From NCBI GenBank assembly GCA_016206155.1, contig JACQSC010000001.1, forward strand, positions 5,105-69,104: DNA of 64,000 nt. The letters run 5' to 3'. The stretch's first letter is position 1; each line of letters opens with the position of its first letter. Below, piece after piece: positions 1 through 9,282 of this stretch. The notes under the pieces were generated by a model that was not told the origin of the DNA, made no database searches, and saw only the letters and a program-made list of their open reading frames with translations. This DNA is from Candidatus Uhrbacteria bacterium (GTDB taxonomy: Bacteria; Patescibacteriota; Patescibacteriia; JACQRZ01). Both the position numbers and the translations under genes were made by a program.

Positions 1-183
1 ATGGCGACATACATCATGATGTATATGATTGACGACCTCGTTGTCTTTGCGATTGCGCTCTATGGGATTAATAAAATAAGTTCGACAGCGCAGTACGCCA
101 AATGGTCATCGCTTCTGGGGGGCGTGCTCATGATTCTTCTCGGCATTCTGATGGTTCTGCGCCCCGATCTCCTGATTCTATGA
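1..183 (+). CDS. C-terminal fragment of a membrane protein (5' end outside window)
   Basis: ORF open from the window start; hydrophobic C-terminus. Confidence 0.3.
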   Translation: MATYIMMYMIDDLVVFAIALYGINKISSTAQYAKWSSLLGGVLMILLGILMVLRPDLLIL

Positions 184-187
184 TTCT

Positions 188-724
188 ATGCTTTTTCCTG
201 GTCACGCGGCAGCAGGATATCTGGTAGGGGTGGGTATTGTTGCGCTTACAGCGTCTCACCCGGACAGCACGTCGATGTTTTTATGGATTGGCGCTGTTTG
301 TGGTGCGATGCCAGACATCGATATGTTTGCCGCATTTGCGCGCACGCGCTCGCTTGTGATAGAGAATGAGAAACAATCGCATCGAGCATATATCACTCAT
401 ACGCCGCTGTTTTGGGCTGTCATGGCTTTTTTTATGTTTCTTGCAAGCCGTAATGCGCTGTTTGCGCTTATTGTCTTGCTTGCTCCACTGAGCCACCTTT
501 TTCTTGACTCGCTCGAGGACGAGATCCAATGGCTGGGCCCCTGGTCAAAGAAGGGCTACCGGATATTCAAAAGCAGAAAAGACCTCGCCGTTCCGCGGCA
601 TGACTTTTTTTCTTTTTGGGGAAAGTTTTTATTCTGGTATTGGACGAACCGTCGCCTCACGGCGGCCTTGGAAATAGCGCTTATCGTTTCAGCGCTGTTG
701 ACAGGATTTCTCGCAATTCGTTGA
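188..724 (+). CDS. membrane-bound metal-dependent hydrolase-like protein (DUF457/YdjM-like)
   Basis: 178-aa polytopic hydrophobic ORF; Gly/His-rich N-terminus with a PDID motif; family assignment is tentative. Confidence 0.4.
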   Translation: MLFPGHAAAGYLVGVGIVALTASHPDSTSMFLWIGAVCGAMPDIDMFAAFARTRSLVIENEKQSHRAYITHTPLFWAVMAFFMFLASRNALFALIVLLAPLSHLFLDSLEDEIQWLGPWSKKGYRIFKSRKDLAVPRHDFFSFWGKFLFWYWTNRRLTAALEIALIVSALLTGFLAIR

Positions 725-2027
725 TGGGCAGTGCAAAGCCAATGTTTTCTGAGCCAATGACGGTTGCGACATTGACACCCACGGCGCGACCGGCAAAGTC
801 AAGGAGTGGACCGCCGGAGTTTCCCGGGTTAATCGCCGCGTCTGTCTGAATAACGTTTTCAAGTTTTGTAACAGCGCCATCCGTATCTTTTGCGTTGATT
901 GTCCTTTTTAGTCCCGATACAATACCGACAGAAATAGTATTACCAAACTCGCCCAGGGCGTTGCCGATTGCAATAACGCTTTCCCCAAGGCGGAGATTGT
1001 CAGAATTGCTGAGAGGAATGACCGGGTATCCGCCATCGGCGATTTTTATAATCGCGATGTCATGGTCGGCGTCGCGATAAAAAACCTTAGCCGGCTTCTG
1101 CGTACCGTCAGAAAGGAGCGCGGTATAGGAGGCCTGGGTGTCAGCGACAACATGCTTGTTTGTGACAATATAGCCATCTGGTGTCGCAAAAAAACCTGTT
1201 CCAGCTCCGACCTTCTTGCGCTCTACACCTTTTTTTTGAAAAACAGGCACGCGAACGTCGACTCCTTTAAGTCGTGGATCATTTTCAAAGGGGTTAACCA
1301 GAACGCGCTCAAGAAGGGGAACATCTTTTGATACAACAACGGAAACAACCGCCTTAGATGCCGCTTCAACGATCTTTGGCAAGACCTCTTCACGCGATCC
1401 TTCTAGAAGACCTCCTTCTTGTCCTTTTAGTCCATTGATTTCACTGTTGAGCGTTGCAATATGGCCTTCTAGCATTTTTACGGCGCCCTCAAGCGCGGCG
1501 ATGCGATCTTGGAGCGGAGCGTCGGCCTTGAGCGTGGAAGACTCAAGGCGAGAGACCGCTGATGGGGAAATTGCCTCAATGTCTGCATTTTTTGCGCCAA
1601 GCCCCAACTCGCGCATGACGCGAAACGCATCATTAGGCCGACCGAGAAAATACCGCTTCAGGTCGTTCGGATTGATATACCACGCCTGTCCCTGATCCTC
1701 AACTTGTAAGACGATTGTTCCGGCAAGACGTCTGGCAAATGCCGGATCTCCTGCAATTTCATCTGATTTTCCAATACGCGCAAGATCGCGGTTAGAAATG
1801 CCAAGGCCGAGGTCACGCATGATGCGAAACGCATCGTCAGGCCGGCCGAGAAAATATCGTTTGAGATTCTTGGGATTGACATACCACGCTTCGCCGTTTT
1901 TCTCTACTTGTAGGAGGATGCGTCCGGCAAGGCGGTTTGGCGTCGCAGCCGCAGCGTCGCGGGGATCATGGAGAGATCCGGATAGAATGAGAAGGAGCGC
2001 CGAAAAAATGAGAAGTGAATTTTTCAT
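681..2027 (-). CDS. S1C trypsin-like serine protease (HtrA/DegP-like, no obvious PDZ) with signal peptide and N-terminal duplicated ~55-aa GEAWYvNP..KRYFLGRP.DAF domain
   Basis: Catalytic triad contexts TNKHVV, DIAIIKI and GNSGGPL; N-terminal signal peptide; two tandem repeats followed by a coiled-coil segment. Confidence 0.8.
   Translation of the reverse strand: MKNSLLIFSALLLILSGSLHDPRDAAAATPNRLAGRILLQVEKNGEAWYVNPKNLKRYFLGRPDDAFRIMRDLGLGISNRDLARIGKSDEIAGDPAFARRLAGTIVLQVEDQGQAWYINPNDLKRYFLGRPNDAFRVMRELGLGAKNADIEAISPSAVSRLESSTLKADAPLQDRIAALEGAVKMLEGHIATLNSEINGLKGQEGGLLEGSREEVLPKIVEAASKAVVSVVVSKDVPLLERVLVNPFENDPRLKGVDVRVPVFQKKGVERKKVGAGTGFFATPDGYIVTNKHVVADTQASYTALLSDGTQKPAKVFYRDADHDIAIIKIADGGYPVIPLSNSDNLRLGESVIAIGNALGEFGNTISVGIVSGLKRTINAKDTDGAVTKLENVIQTDAAINPGNSGGPLLDFAGRAVGVNVATVIGSENIGFALPINELREILSTALKR
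1600..1960. repeat. intragenic tandem duplication (~205-nt period) encoding the two GEAWY-domain copies of the protease
   Basis: Two DNA blocks (~1610-1745 and ~1815-1950) align with more than 70 percent identity. Confidence 0.6.
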
Positions 2028-2103
2028 ATAAAAAAAGTATAGAATATATTTACGGGATATTCAAGATGTGGTATACTTGTTGCATAAGTCATAGGAAACA
2101 TAT

Positions 2104-2871
2104 ATGGATCAACTCGCCGCCACAGGTGCCGATATTGCAAGCGCATATCTTTTACTGGGCATTCTCATGACTGCAATCGTGCTTGCGCTCCTGATTGTTT
2201 TTTTTGTTTCGCCAAAGGCGTTTCCCAGAAAGGAATACATGGGCGCTGTCTGGCCGCTGTTCAAACGGCATTTCTGGCTGTTGCTTGCCATCGTAATCAT
2301 CCAGCAGGTTCTGGCAAACCTTCCGTCAGCCATAACGGGCGTTGCGCAGGGTTTGTTTAGTCTTGGCGAGAATGAGCCGATTAGCGCGATCCTGAGTTTT
2401 GTCGCCATGATCGTCATTGTCACAATTCTTCAGGCGGGTCTGGTTGGCATTATGCTTACCGTTGTTTCTGGGGGCACGCCGCGCCTTGGCGATCTTTTTT
2501 CGAAAACGCGCGTGTTCTGGCGCTATCTGGGTTGTTCGATTCTTTACGGACTCATTACGGTTGGCGGATTTTTTCTGTTAGTGTTTCCCGGTGTGATCTG
2601 GTTCCTTAAGTTTTCCCTTTGGTCGTACTTTATTGTCGATAAAAATGCCGGTGTTATTGAGGCGTTGAAGATGAGTAGCCAAGCAACAAAAGGGTACAAG
2701 CCCTCACTCTTCGTTTTGTACATCTATCTTATGTCGCTGAATCTGCTTGGCCTGAGCGCGCTTTTCGTTGGATTTTTTGTGACCGCGCCCATGACACTTC
2801 TGATACTTGCGTGGGTGTATCGTCGGTTGAGCGGCGGTGTTGGCACTCCTTCCGCTGTCCCCAAGCCGTAG
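2104..2871 (+). CDS. polytopic membrane protein of unknown function
   Basis: 255-aa ORF with about 6 predicted TM helices and a consistent coding frame. Confidence 0.5.
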   Translation: MDQLAATGADIASAYLLLGILMTAIVLALLIVFFVSPKAFPRKEYMGAVWPLFKRHFWLLLAIVIIQQVLANLPSAITGVAQGLFSLGENEPISAILSFVAMIVIVTILQAGLVGIMLTVVSGGTPRLGDLFSKTRVFWRYLGCSILYGLITVGGFFLLVFPGVIWFLKFSLWSYFIVDKNAGVIEALKMSSQATKGYKPSLFVLYIYLMSLNLLGLSALFVGFFVTAPMTLLILAWVYRRLSGGVGTPSAVPKP

Positions 2872-2924
2872 GGTGTTGACCGTGCTCGCAAACAAGCGTA
2901 TGTTTTCATACGGGTTTTTGATAT

Positions 2925-3476
2925 ATGCATTTTTTACGTTTTGTCATTGCCGTTTTTGCGCTGACGGTTATCCCGATCCTCGTCGGTGTCGGGGTTGTTA
3001 TTTTTTCAAATACCCTTAAACCCTCCACGGGTTTGGCTGTATTTGACAACCGTGATTTTGGCATATCATTTTCCTATCCATCGGAGTGGAAAAAAGAGTA
3101 TCCATCAAAAACGATGATTCGTTTTTCTCAGGACCCAGTTGCCATGATCTTTGAGGGGAAGGAGCTGGATGCGCAAAAAATCCGCACGCTTGCAAAGTAC
3201 ACAAAAGAAAATCTCAGCGAGATCGCAGAGTCGGCGGAGGCATCGGGGTTTACTTATGTATTGGAAGAATCGGCGCCGGCGATGCTTGGCGGAAAAGAGG
3301 CGCATCGTATTTCTGTACTGATGGAGAAAGAGTGGCATACGCTTCGCGTCGTGCAAGTATGGAGTATCGTAAACGATCGAATCTATGCAGTGTCGTTTTC
3401 CGCGCCTCTCAATGGCTGGCCCACTGCTGTACAATCGTTTGAAAACGTGCTTCAATCACTCAAAATAAGGGATTAG
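2925..3476 (+). CDS. hypothetical secreted/membrane-anchored protein (PsbP/DUF1795-like fold suspected)
   Basis: N-terminal TM segment followed by a soluble domain; weak resemblance only. Confidence 0.4.
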   Translation: MHFLRFVIAVFALTVIPILVGVGVVIFSNTLKPSTGLAVFDNRDFGISFSYPSEWKKEYPSKTMIRFSQDPVAMIFEGKELDAQKIRTLAKYTKENLSEIAESAEASGFTYVLEESAPAMLGGKEAHRISVLMEKEWHTLRVVQVWSIVNDRIYAVSFSAPLNGWPTAVQSFENVLQSLKIRD

Positions 3477-3504
3477 GTTATATGGATTAGGGACTAGTAT
3501 TTAC

Positions 3505-3533
3505 TAACCCCTAACCCCTAACCCCTAACCCCT
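3505..3533. repeat. (CCCCTAA)x3.5 telomere-like heptamer array; G-rich complement could form a G-quadruplex
   Basis: taacccctaacccctaacccctaacccc lies between the convergent/adjacent genes; an inverted TTAGGG partial copy sits at 3487-3492. Confidence 0.8.
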
Positions 3534-3536
3534 TGT

Positions 3537-4247
3537 TTGATGCAAGCAGTTATTTTAGCAGCCGGTGAAGGCAAGCGTCTTCGCCCCCTCACCAACGATC
3601 ACCCTAAGCCGATGGTGCTTGTGGGCGGAAAACCAATTCTCGAATATACATTGAGCATCTTGCCCAATATCATCGACGAGGTCATTCTTGTCGTTGGCTA
3701 CAAACAGGAAAAAATAAAAGAATATTTCGGCGATGCGTGGCAAGGGCGGCGTCTACAGTATGCGGATCAGCCCGAGCCAAAGGGGACCGGTGATGCGTTG
3801 GTCCGTGCGCGACCGTTTTTGAACGGCGAACCGTTTTTGATGCTCTTTGCCGATGATCTATATCACCCCGACGATTTAGCTACACTCGTTGAGAGCGAAC
3901 ATCCCGCGATTCTTGTGAAAGAACATGAACAGCCCGAACGGATGGGGGTGTGTACGGTGTCAGACGACGGAACACTGCTTGAGTTGGTTGAGAAGCCGGC
4001 ATTTCCATTAGGCAACCTCGTGAACGTCGGCCCTTCTTTTCTGCACCATGATATTTTTGATCTTGCAATCCACGAACCACTGCTGGCAAATGGCGAGAGC
4101 TGCCTTCCAGAACAAATCGCACGGTTGGCAAAAATACGTACGGTAAAGGCGGTGCGTGCGCGATTCTGGCATCCGATCGGGTATCCGGAAGATCTCAAGT
4201 CTGCGCGCACACACCTTGAAAAAAGTTTGGAAGACCGAACCAACTAA
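3537..4247 (+). CDS. sugar-1-phosphate nucleotidyltransferase (NTP_transferase family)
   Basis: N-terminal motif AVILAAGEGKRLRPLT..PKPMV typical of G1P thymidylyl/uridylyltransferases. Confidence 0.75.
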   Translation: MMQAVILAAGEGKRLRPLTNDHPKPMVLVGGKPILEYTLSILPNIIDEVILVVGYKQEKIKEYFGDAWQGRRLQYADQPEPKGTGDALVRARPFLNGEPFLMLFADDLYHPDDLATLVESEHPAILVKEHEQPERMGVCTVSDDGTLLELVEKPAFPLGNLVNVGPSFLHHDIFDLAIHEPLLANGESCLPEQIARLAKIRTVKAVRARFWHPIGYPEDLKSARTHLEKSLEDRTN

Positions 4248-4249
4248 CT

Positions 4250-5251
4250 ATGACATTTTTTGTAACTGGCGCAGGTGGATATATTGGATCTGTGGCAACC
4301 TATCTTTTTCTATCAAATGGCGTGCGCGTCATTGCCGTTGATGATTTTTCAACCGGATTTCGCGCGCCGCTGAACCTGCTTCGTGAGCGTTTTGATTCGC
4401 AGGTGACATGGTATGAGCGTGACGTTCGCGTCGGATGCGATGATATTTTCCAGATGCATCCCGACATTGATGTCGTGGTGCATTTTGCCGCGCGGTGCAG
4501 TGTTGATGAGTCTGTGGCAGATCCGCTCCTGTATTTTAATAGAAACGTCGCTGGGACGCTTGCCCTTCTGCGAAGTATGAAAACAGCGGGGATCAGACGC
4601 ATTGTCTTTTCCTCCACCTGCGCTGTATATGGCGATGCGCAGTACGTTCCGGTTGATGAGCACCATCCGTGCGTTCCGTGTAATCCGTACGGTGAATCTA
4701 AGCGAATGGTTGAGAAGATTCTTGAGCGGTGCGCGGCTCGCGGCGAACTCCAGTACATGGTGTTGCGCTATTTTAACGTATGCGGCGCATCTGATGACGG
4801 ACTCATCGGCGATTCAAAAAAACCATCGCTCCTGCTTGTGCAAAACGCCGTGCGCGGCGCGCTTGGCATCGAATCGTTTTATTTGACCTGCCAGGCTGTT
4901 GATACGCCCGATGGAACGCCGATTCGCGATTATGTGAATGTCGTTGATCTGTGCGATGCGCATTTGAAAGCGGCAGAACTTCTCATTGGAGGATATCATG
5001 ACGCCCTCCTGAATCTCGGTACCGGCGCAGGATTCTCTGTTCTTGAAATTCTCTCGGCCGTGGAGCAGATTACCGGAAAGACGCTTCAGCGAAAAGACAC
5101 GACGCCACGCAAAGGAGAATACGCGAAGATGATCGCGTCACATACGGCCGCGACACGTCTTCTTGGATGGAAGCCGCAGAGATCGATCCGAGAAAGCGTG
5201 GAGTCGTTGGTGCGATGGTATACGTCTCATCCGCATGGGTGGGAAAACTAG
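4250..5251 (+). CDS. galE: NAD-dependent epimerase/dehydratase (UDP-glucose 4-epimerase-like)
   Basis: Rossmann motif GAGGYIGS; YGESK (YxxxK) active-site motif; about 333 aa. Confidence 0.75.
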   Translation: MTFFVTGAGGYIGSVATYLFLSNGVRVIAVDDFSTGFRAPLNLLRERFDSQVTWYERDVRVGCDDIFQMHPDIDVVVHFAARCSVDESVADPLLYFNRNVAGTLALLRSMKTAGIRRIVFSSTCAVYGDAQYVPVDEHHPCVPCNPYGESKRMVEKILERCAARGELQYMVLRYFNVCGASDDGLIGDSKKPSLLLVQNAVRGALGIESFYLTCQAVDTPDGTPIRDYVNVVDLCDAHLKAAELLIGGYHDALLNLGTGAGFSVLEILSAVEQITGKTLQRKDTTPRKGEYAKMIASHTAATRLLGWKPQRSIRESVESLVRWYTSHPHGWEN

Positions 5252-5254
5252 CTT

Positions 5255-6451
5255 ATGAAAATCCTCATGATTGCAAGTCTGTATCGTCCCTATGTTCGCG
5301 GTGGAGCAGAGGTTGTTTTTCAGATGATTGTTGATGAGCTAAAGAAAAACCATGATGTGATTGTTGTGTCGACGTATCCCTGGCGCGGATTTCATTCGTT
5401 GATTCCGCAGCTATCGCAAGAAGAAGGAGTGCGCGTGTATCGATTTTTTCCGCTGAATATTTTTTCTTTTATCACGATTTTGCGACGTCCGTTTTTTCTT
5501 CGGGCGTTCTGGCATGTCTTTGATGCGTTCAACATTCACAGCTATTACGCCATTCGTTCACTCTTGAAAAAAGAACGCCCTGATGTTGTCATGACGCACA
5601 ACCTCAAAGGGATAGGACTCACCATTCCCCGCGCGATCGCGCGCATGCGCATACCGCACATCCACACGGTCCATGATATTGGGCTTGTGTATCCATCGGG
5701 CATTGTACTCTATGGTGAGGAGTCAACACGTGCCAATCGTTGCCTGGCATGTGTTTCCGGCGCGATAACACGCCGTCTCTTCGGCTCGCCGCGAGTGGTG
5801 ATATTCGCTTCTCGCTTTCTCAAAGATTTTTATGCGCGCCATTCATTTTTTTCGCAATCGCGCAGTGTGGTGATCCAGAATCCGATTTATCAAATCCCAG
5901 CGCCCGCGCGCGAACGTTCGCGCATCGCTAACGAGGGACCAACGATGTTTGCCTTTGTCGGTCAGCTCGAACCGCACAAGGGGATTAAATTTCTTCTTCG
6001 TTCGTGGCAGAACTGGAAGTGCGCCGATGTGCGGCTTCATATCGCTGGCGCGGGAAGCGATGAGGCGGCGGTGCGTCAAGCGACGGCGCGCGATTCGCGC
6101 ATCACGTATACCGGATACAGTCAGGACGTTCCGTCATTTCTTGCCAAGAGTTCGTTCGTGATTGTTCCTTCGCTCTGTTATGAAAACGCTCCTATGATTA
6201 TTTTTGAAAGCGGTGCAATGGGGATTCCGGTGGTTGTCGCTGACATCGGCGGCATGGCAGAGTATATTGAGGAAGGCGTCAATGGATTTTTGTTTTTGCC
6301 TGGCGATGAGCAGTCGCTCATTGACGCGCTGGAACGAGCCGCTACGGCGCGCGGACGGTATGCTGAACTTTCGCTGGCGGCAACATTATTCGCGGCGCCG
6401 CATACCTGTGAGCGATACTGCGCGTCTCTATTCCGAGAAGCGGATTTGTGA
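5255..6451 (+). CDS. glycosyltransferase family 4 (GT-B fold)
   Basis: C-terminal GT4 signature FVGQLEPHKGI..E..P..EAMA-like motif (ENAPMIIFESGAMGIPVV). Confidence 0.7.
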   Translation: MKILMIASLYRPYVRGGAEVVFQMIVDELKKNHDVIVVSTYPWRGFHSLIPQLSQEEGVRVYRFFPLNIFSFITILRRPFFLRAFWHVFDAFNIHSYYAIRSLLKKERPDVVMTHNLKGIGLTIPRAIARMRIPHIHTVHDIGLVYPSGIVLYGEESTRANRCLACVSGAITRRLFGSPRVVIFASRFLKDFYARHSFFSQSRSVVIQNPIYQIPAPARERSRIANEGPTMFAFVGQLEPHKGIKFLLRSWQNWKCADVRLHIAGAGSDEAAVRQATARDSRITYTGYSQDVPSFLAKSSFVIVPSLCYENAPMIIFESGAMGIPVVVADIGGMAEYIEEGVNGFLFLPGDEQSLIDALERAATARGRYAELSLAATLFAAPHTCERYCASLFREADL

Positions 6452-6464
6452 TATACTGTACTCT

Positions 6465-6740
6465 ATGAATCGTGCGAAGATGTTCCGCTCTTTGGATCGT
6501 TTTTTGATTAGCGAAATTCATCACTGGGGGATTCCAATTTTGCGTGTTGCATTAGTGGTTGTGTTTTTCTGGTTTGGCGCGCTAAAAATTCTGGGCGCCA
6601 CGCCGGTGGTGAATCTCTTTGCTGAAACATATTCATTTTTTCCAACAGAATCCTTTCTTCTCATACTCGGATGGTGGGAGGTGATAATCGGCGCCGGACT
6701 TGTGATCTACGGTTATGAAATTAAGCGGCACGCATCATGA
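6465..6740 (+). CDS. small membrane protein (DUF417/YkgB-like)
   Basis: The upstream part of ORF 6204-6740 overlaps the GT4 gene; I placed the start at the internal ATG at 6465; two TM helices. Confidence 0.4.
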   Translation: MNRAKMFRSLDRFLISEIHHWGIPILRVALVVVFFWFGALKILGATPVVNLFAETYSFFPTESFLLILGWWEVIIGAGLVIYGYEIKRHAS

Positions 6741-9253
6741 CATTCTCTCAATACACGACTCAAGCGGTTGATGAGATTCTTTTTGGGTTGAACACCTCTC
6801 GCGCGACAGGCCTCTCAAGCGATGAGGCGCGCACGCGGCGTGGCCAATATGGCGCGAATGAAATAGTGCGACGCGAGACAACCTTGCGCGATCTTCTGAT
6901 ACGCCAATTCCGTTCGTCGTTCATCTATCTTCTTCTTGCGGCAGCGTTTATCTCGTTTCTCCTTGGTGAGATCATCGACGGGCTTCTCATCGTATTGTTT
7001 GTTCTTATCAATGTCAGTTTAGGATTTTTCCAAGAATATCGGTCGCATAAGACCATTGCGCTACTCAAGCAATACATGCTACCGCATGCGACGGTGCTGC
7101 GCGACGGTGCGCAGGGCTCTGTCGCGCGTTCAACGGTAGTCCCCGGAGATATTATTGTTGTCCAGCCCGGCGCGATGGTTCCCGCAGACGTACGATGGAT
7201 TGATGCGAACGATCTGGCTATTGACGAGTCTGCGCTGACCGGTGAGTCCGCGCCGGCTCTGAAAGGCTCGTTTCATCTAGCGCATGCCGCACAAGAAATT
7301 TTTCAGGCAATAAATATCGGATTTGCCGGCACAACCGTCGTGCGCGGCCGAGGCACCGGAGTTGTGATTGCCATAGGCGCGAGAAGCGCCTTTGGATCTG
7401 TTGCGGCGCTTGCCACAGAGACCGAACGTTCAGGTTCCTTGGAACAGGGACTGACCTCCTTTTCCAGTTTTATCCTTCGGCTCGTGCTTCTGACGCTCGC
7501 GGTCCTTTTTCTCATCAATATAGCGCTTAAGGGCGATTCGCTTTCATGGGCGCGCTTGTTGGTTTTTTCTATTGCGTTGGCCGTCAGCGTTATTCCGGAA
7601 GCCTTGCCGCTCGTGATGACGTTTTCTCTTTCACATGGCGCACGGCGCCTCGCGCAAAAAAAAGTCGTGGTCAAGCGCTTGGCAGCCATTGAAAACCTTG
7701 GGAGCATTGACGTATTGTGCACCGACAAGACGGGCACATTGACAGAAAACGTGCTTACGGTTGCGCACATTCTTCCACGCAAAAAGAGCGATCCGCTTTT
7801 TTGGGCATGCGCGGGAACACCGCATATTGCGGACCACGTGCAGCGCGATCCGTTTGACATTGCTTTCTGGAATGCGCTTGCCCCCAATCAACGCAACGAT
7901 GTCATGCGCTTTGAGCGCTCCGCCGAAATTCCGTTTGATCCTGTGCGGCGACGCAACACCACCGCGGTCCGAAATGGGAGGTCGCTCATTGTCATTAGCC
8001 GCGGCGCCTATGAACACATTGTACCGCTCTGTGCCGCGATACCAAAAAAAGAGCGTGAAACACAGGAGCAATGGATTGCAGACGAAGGACGGGACGGGAG
8101 GCGCGTGGTCGCCATTTCAATTCGAACCGTTCAAAAAAAGGATGGCGCGGATTTAAAAAAAGATGAAACCCGGATGCGCTTTGCCGGACTCATTTCTCTT
8201 GCCGACCCGCTGAAACGAAGCAGCAAAGACGCCGTTTTTAAGGCTCGAGAACTGGGTGTTCAGCTTAAGATGCTTACGGGTGATAGTCCCGAAGTCGCCG
8301 GCGCTGTTGCGCGCGCCATCGGACTTGCCGAATCGGAACATGACGTTATGACCGGCAGTTCATTTGACCACCTTACGATCGACGAGCAGCGGCAAGCCGT
8401 TGAACGGATTAACGTTTTTGCGCGCGTTAATCCCGAGCAGAAGTTCCGCATTATTCAGCTGCTGCAGCATACGCATACTGTTGGATTTCTCGGTGAGGGA
8501 ATTAACGATGCGCCAGCACTCAAGCTAGCGCATGTTGCGCTCGTGGTGCAGGGTGGCGCTGACATCGCGCGCGAAGCGGCGGACATCGTTCTTTTGAAAA
8601 AAAATCTTGGCGTCATCGTCGACGGGATCCAGGAGGGACGAGAGGTATTTGTCAACACGCTCAAGTATATTCGCGCAACGCTTGCATCCAACTTCGGCAA
8701 CTTTTACGCCGTTGCGGTTTCGTCACTGTTTATTCCTTTTTTGCCGATGCTGCCGCTGCAGATTTTGCTGGTGAACCTTCTTTCAGATTTTCCAATGATC
8801 GCGATTGCAACCGACCGCGTTGATCGCCAGGATGTCAAAAAACCGCGCACATACCACATTCGCGACATCGCCCTGATCACAACGCTTCTTGGCCTCGTGA
8901 GCACGATCTTCGATTTTATCTTCTTTGCGTTATTTCGCGGATTTGATCCGGGGATTTTGCAAACAAACTGGTTTATGGGCAGCATCCTTACTGAGCTTGC
9001 GTTTCTTTTCTCAATACGGACGAATCGTTTTTTTCTAAAAGCGCAGGCGCCGTCCCTGTCCCTGGCAGGGTTTTCCGCACTCGCCATTGCCGCAACGATT
9101 GTTTTGCCCTATACGAGCATAGGGCAGAGACTATTTTTATTTATCCCGCCAAGCAGCACACACCTGATTATTATTTTTACACTTGTTGGCGCATATCTTG
9201 CGGTATCCGAGGCAGTGAAGCTTATGTACTATCGCCACGTTGCGCACTCGTAG
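6737..9253 (+). CDS. cation-transporting P-type ATPase (P2/P3-type, Ca2+/Mg2+ class)
   Basis: Phosphorylation motif CTDKTGTLT; hinge motif GEGINDAPAL; 838 aa with 8-10 TM segments. Confidence 0.85.
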   Translation: MTFSQYTTQAVDEILFGLNTSRATGLSSDEARTRRGQYGANEIVRRETTLRDLLIRQFRSSFIYLLLAAAFISFLLGEIIDGLLIVLFVLINVSLGFFQEYRSHKTIALLKQYMLPHATVLRDGAQGSVARSTVVPGDIIVVQPGAMVPADVRWIDANDLAIDESALTGESAPALKGSFHLAHAAQEIFQAINIGFAGTTVVRGRGTGVVIAIGARSAFGSVAALATETERSGSLEQGLTSFSSFILRLVLLTLAVLFLINIALKGDSLSWARLLVFSIALAVSVIPEALPLVMTFSLSHGARRLAQKKVVVKRLAAIENLGSIDVLCTDKTGTLTENVLTVAHILPRKKSDPLFWACAGTPHIADHVQRDPFDIAFWNALAPNQRNDVMRFERSAEIPFDPVRRRNTTAVRNGRSLIVISRGAYEHIVPLCAAIPKKERETQEQWIADEGRDGRRVVAISIRTVQKKDGADLKKDETRMRFAGLISLADPLKRSSKDAVFKARELGVQLKMLTGDSPEVAGAVARAIGLAESEHDVMTGSSFDHLTIDEQRQAVERINVFARVNPEQKFRIIQLLQHTHTVGFLGEGINDAPALKLAHVALVVQGGADIAREAADIVLLKKNLGVIVDGIQEGREVFVNTLKYIRATLASNFGNFYAVAVSSLFIPFLPMLPLQILLVNLLSDFPMIAIATDRVDRQDVKKPRTYHIRDIALITTLLGLVSTIFDFIFFALFRGFDPGILQTNWFMGSILTELAFLFSIRTNRFFLKAQAPSLSLAGFSALAIAATIVLPYTSIGQRLFLFIPPSSTHLIIIFTLVGAYLAVSEAVKLMYYRHVAHS

Positions 9254-9282
9254 AACCGTGGCGTTGCGGAAAAATAATTACC

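Noticed and set aside
3505-3533. True telomere of a linear replicon
   Set aside because: The arrays are only 3-4 units long and sit inside a densely coding region between intact genes. Nothing else indicates a linear chromosome end.
6204-6464. 5' extension of the small membrane protein ORF overlapping the GT4 glycosyltransferase 3' end
   Set aside because: It overlaps a well-supported gene in another frame. The hydrophobic DUF417-like sequence begins only at the internal Met at 6465.
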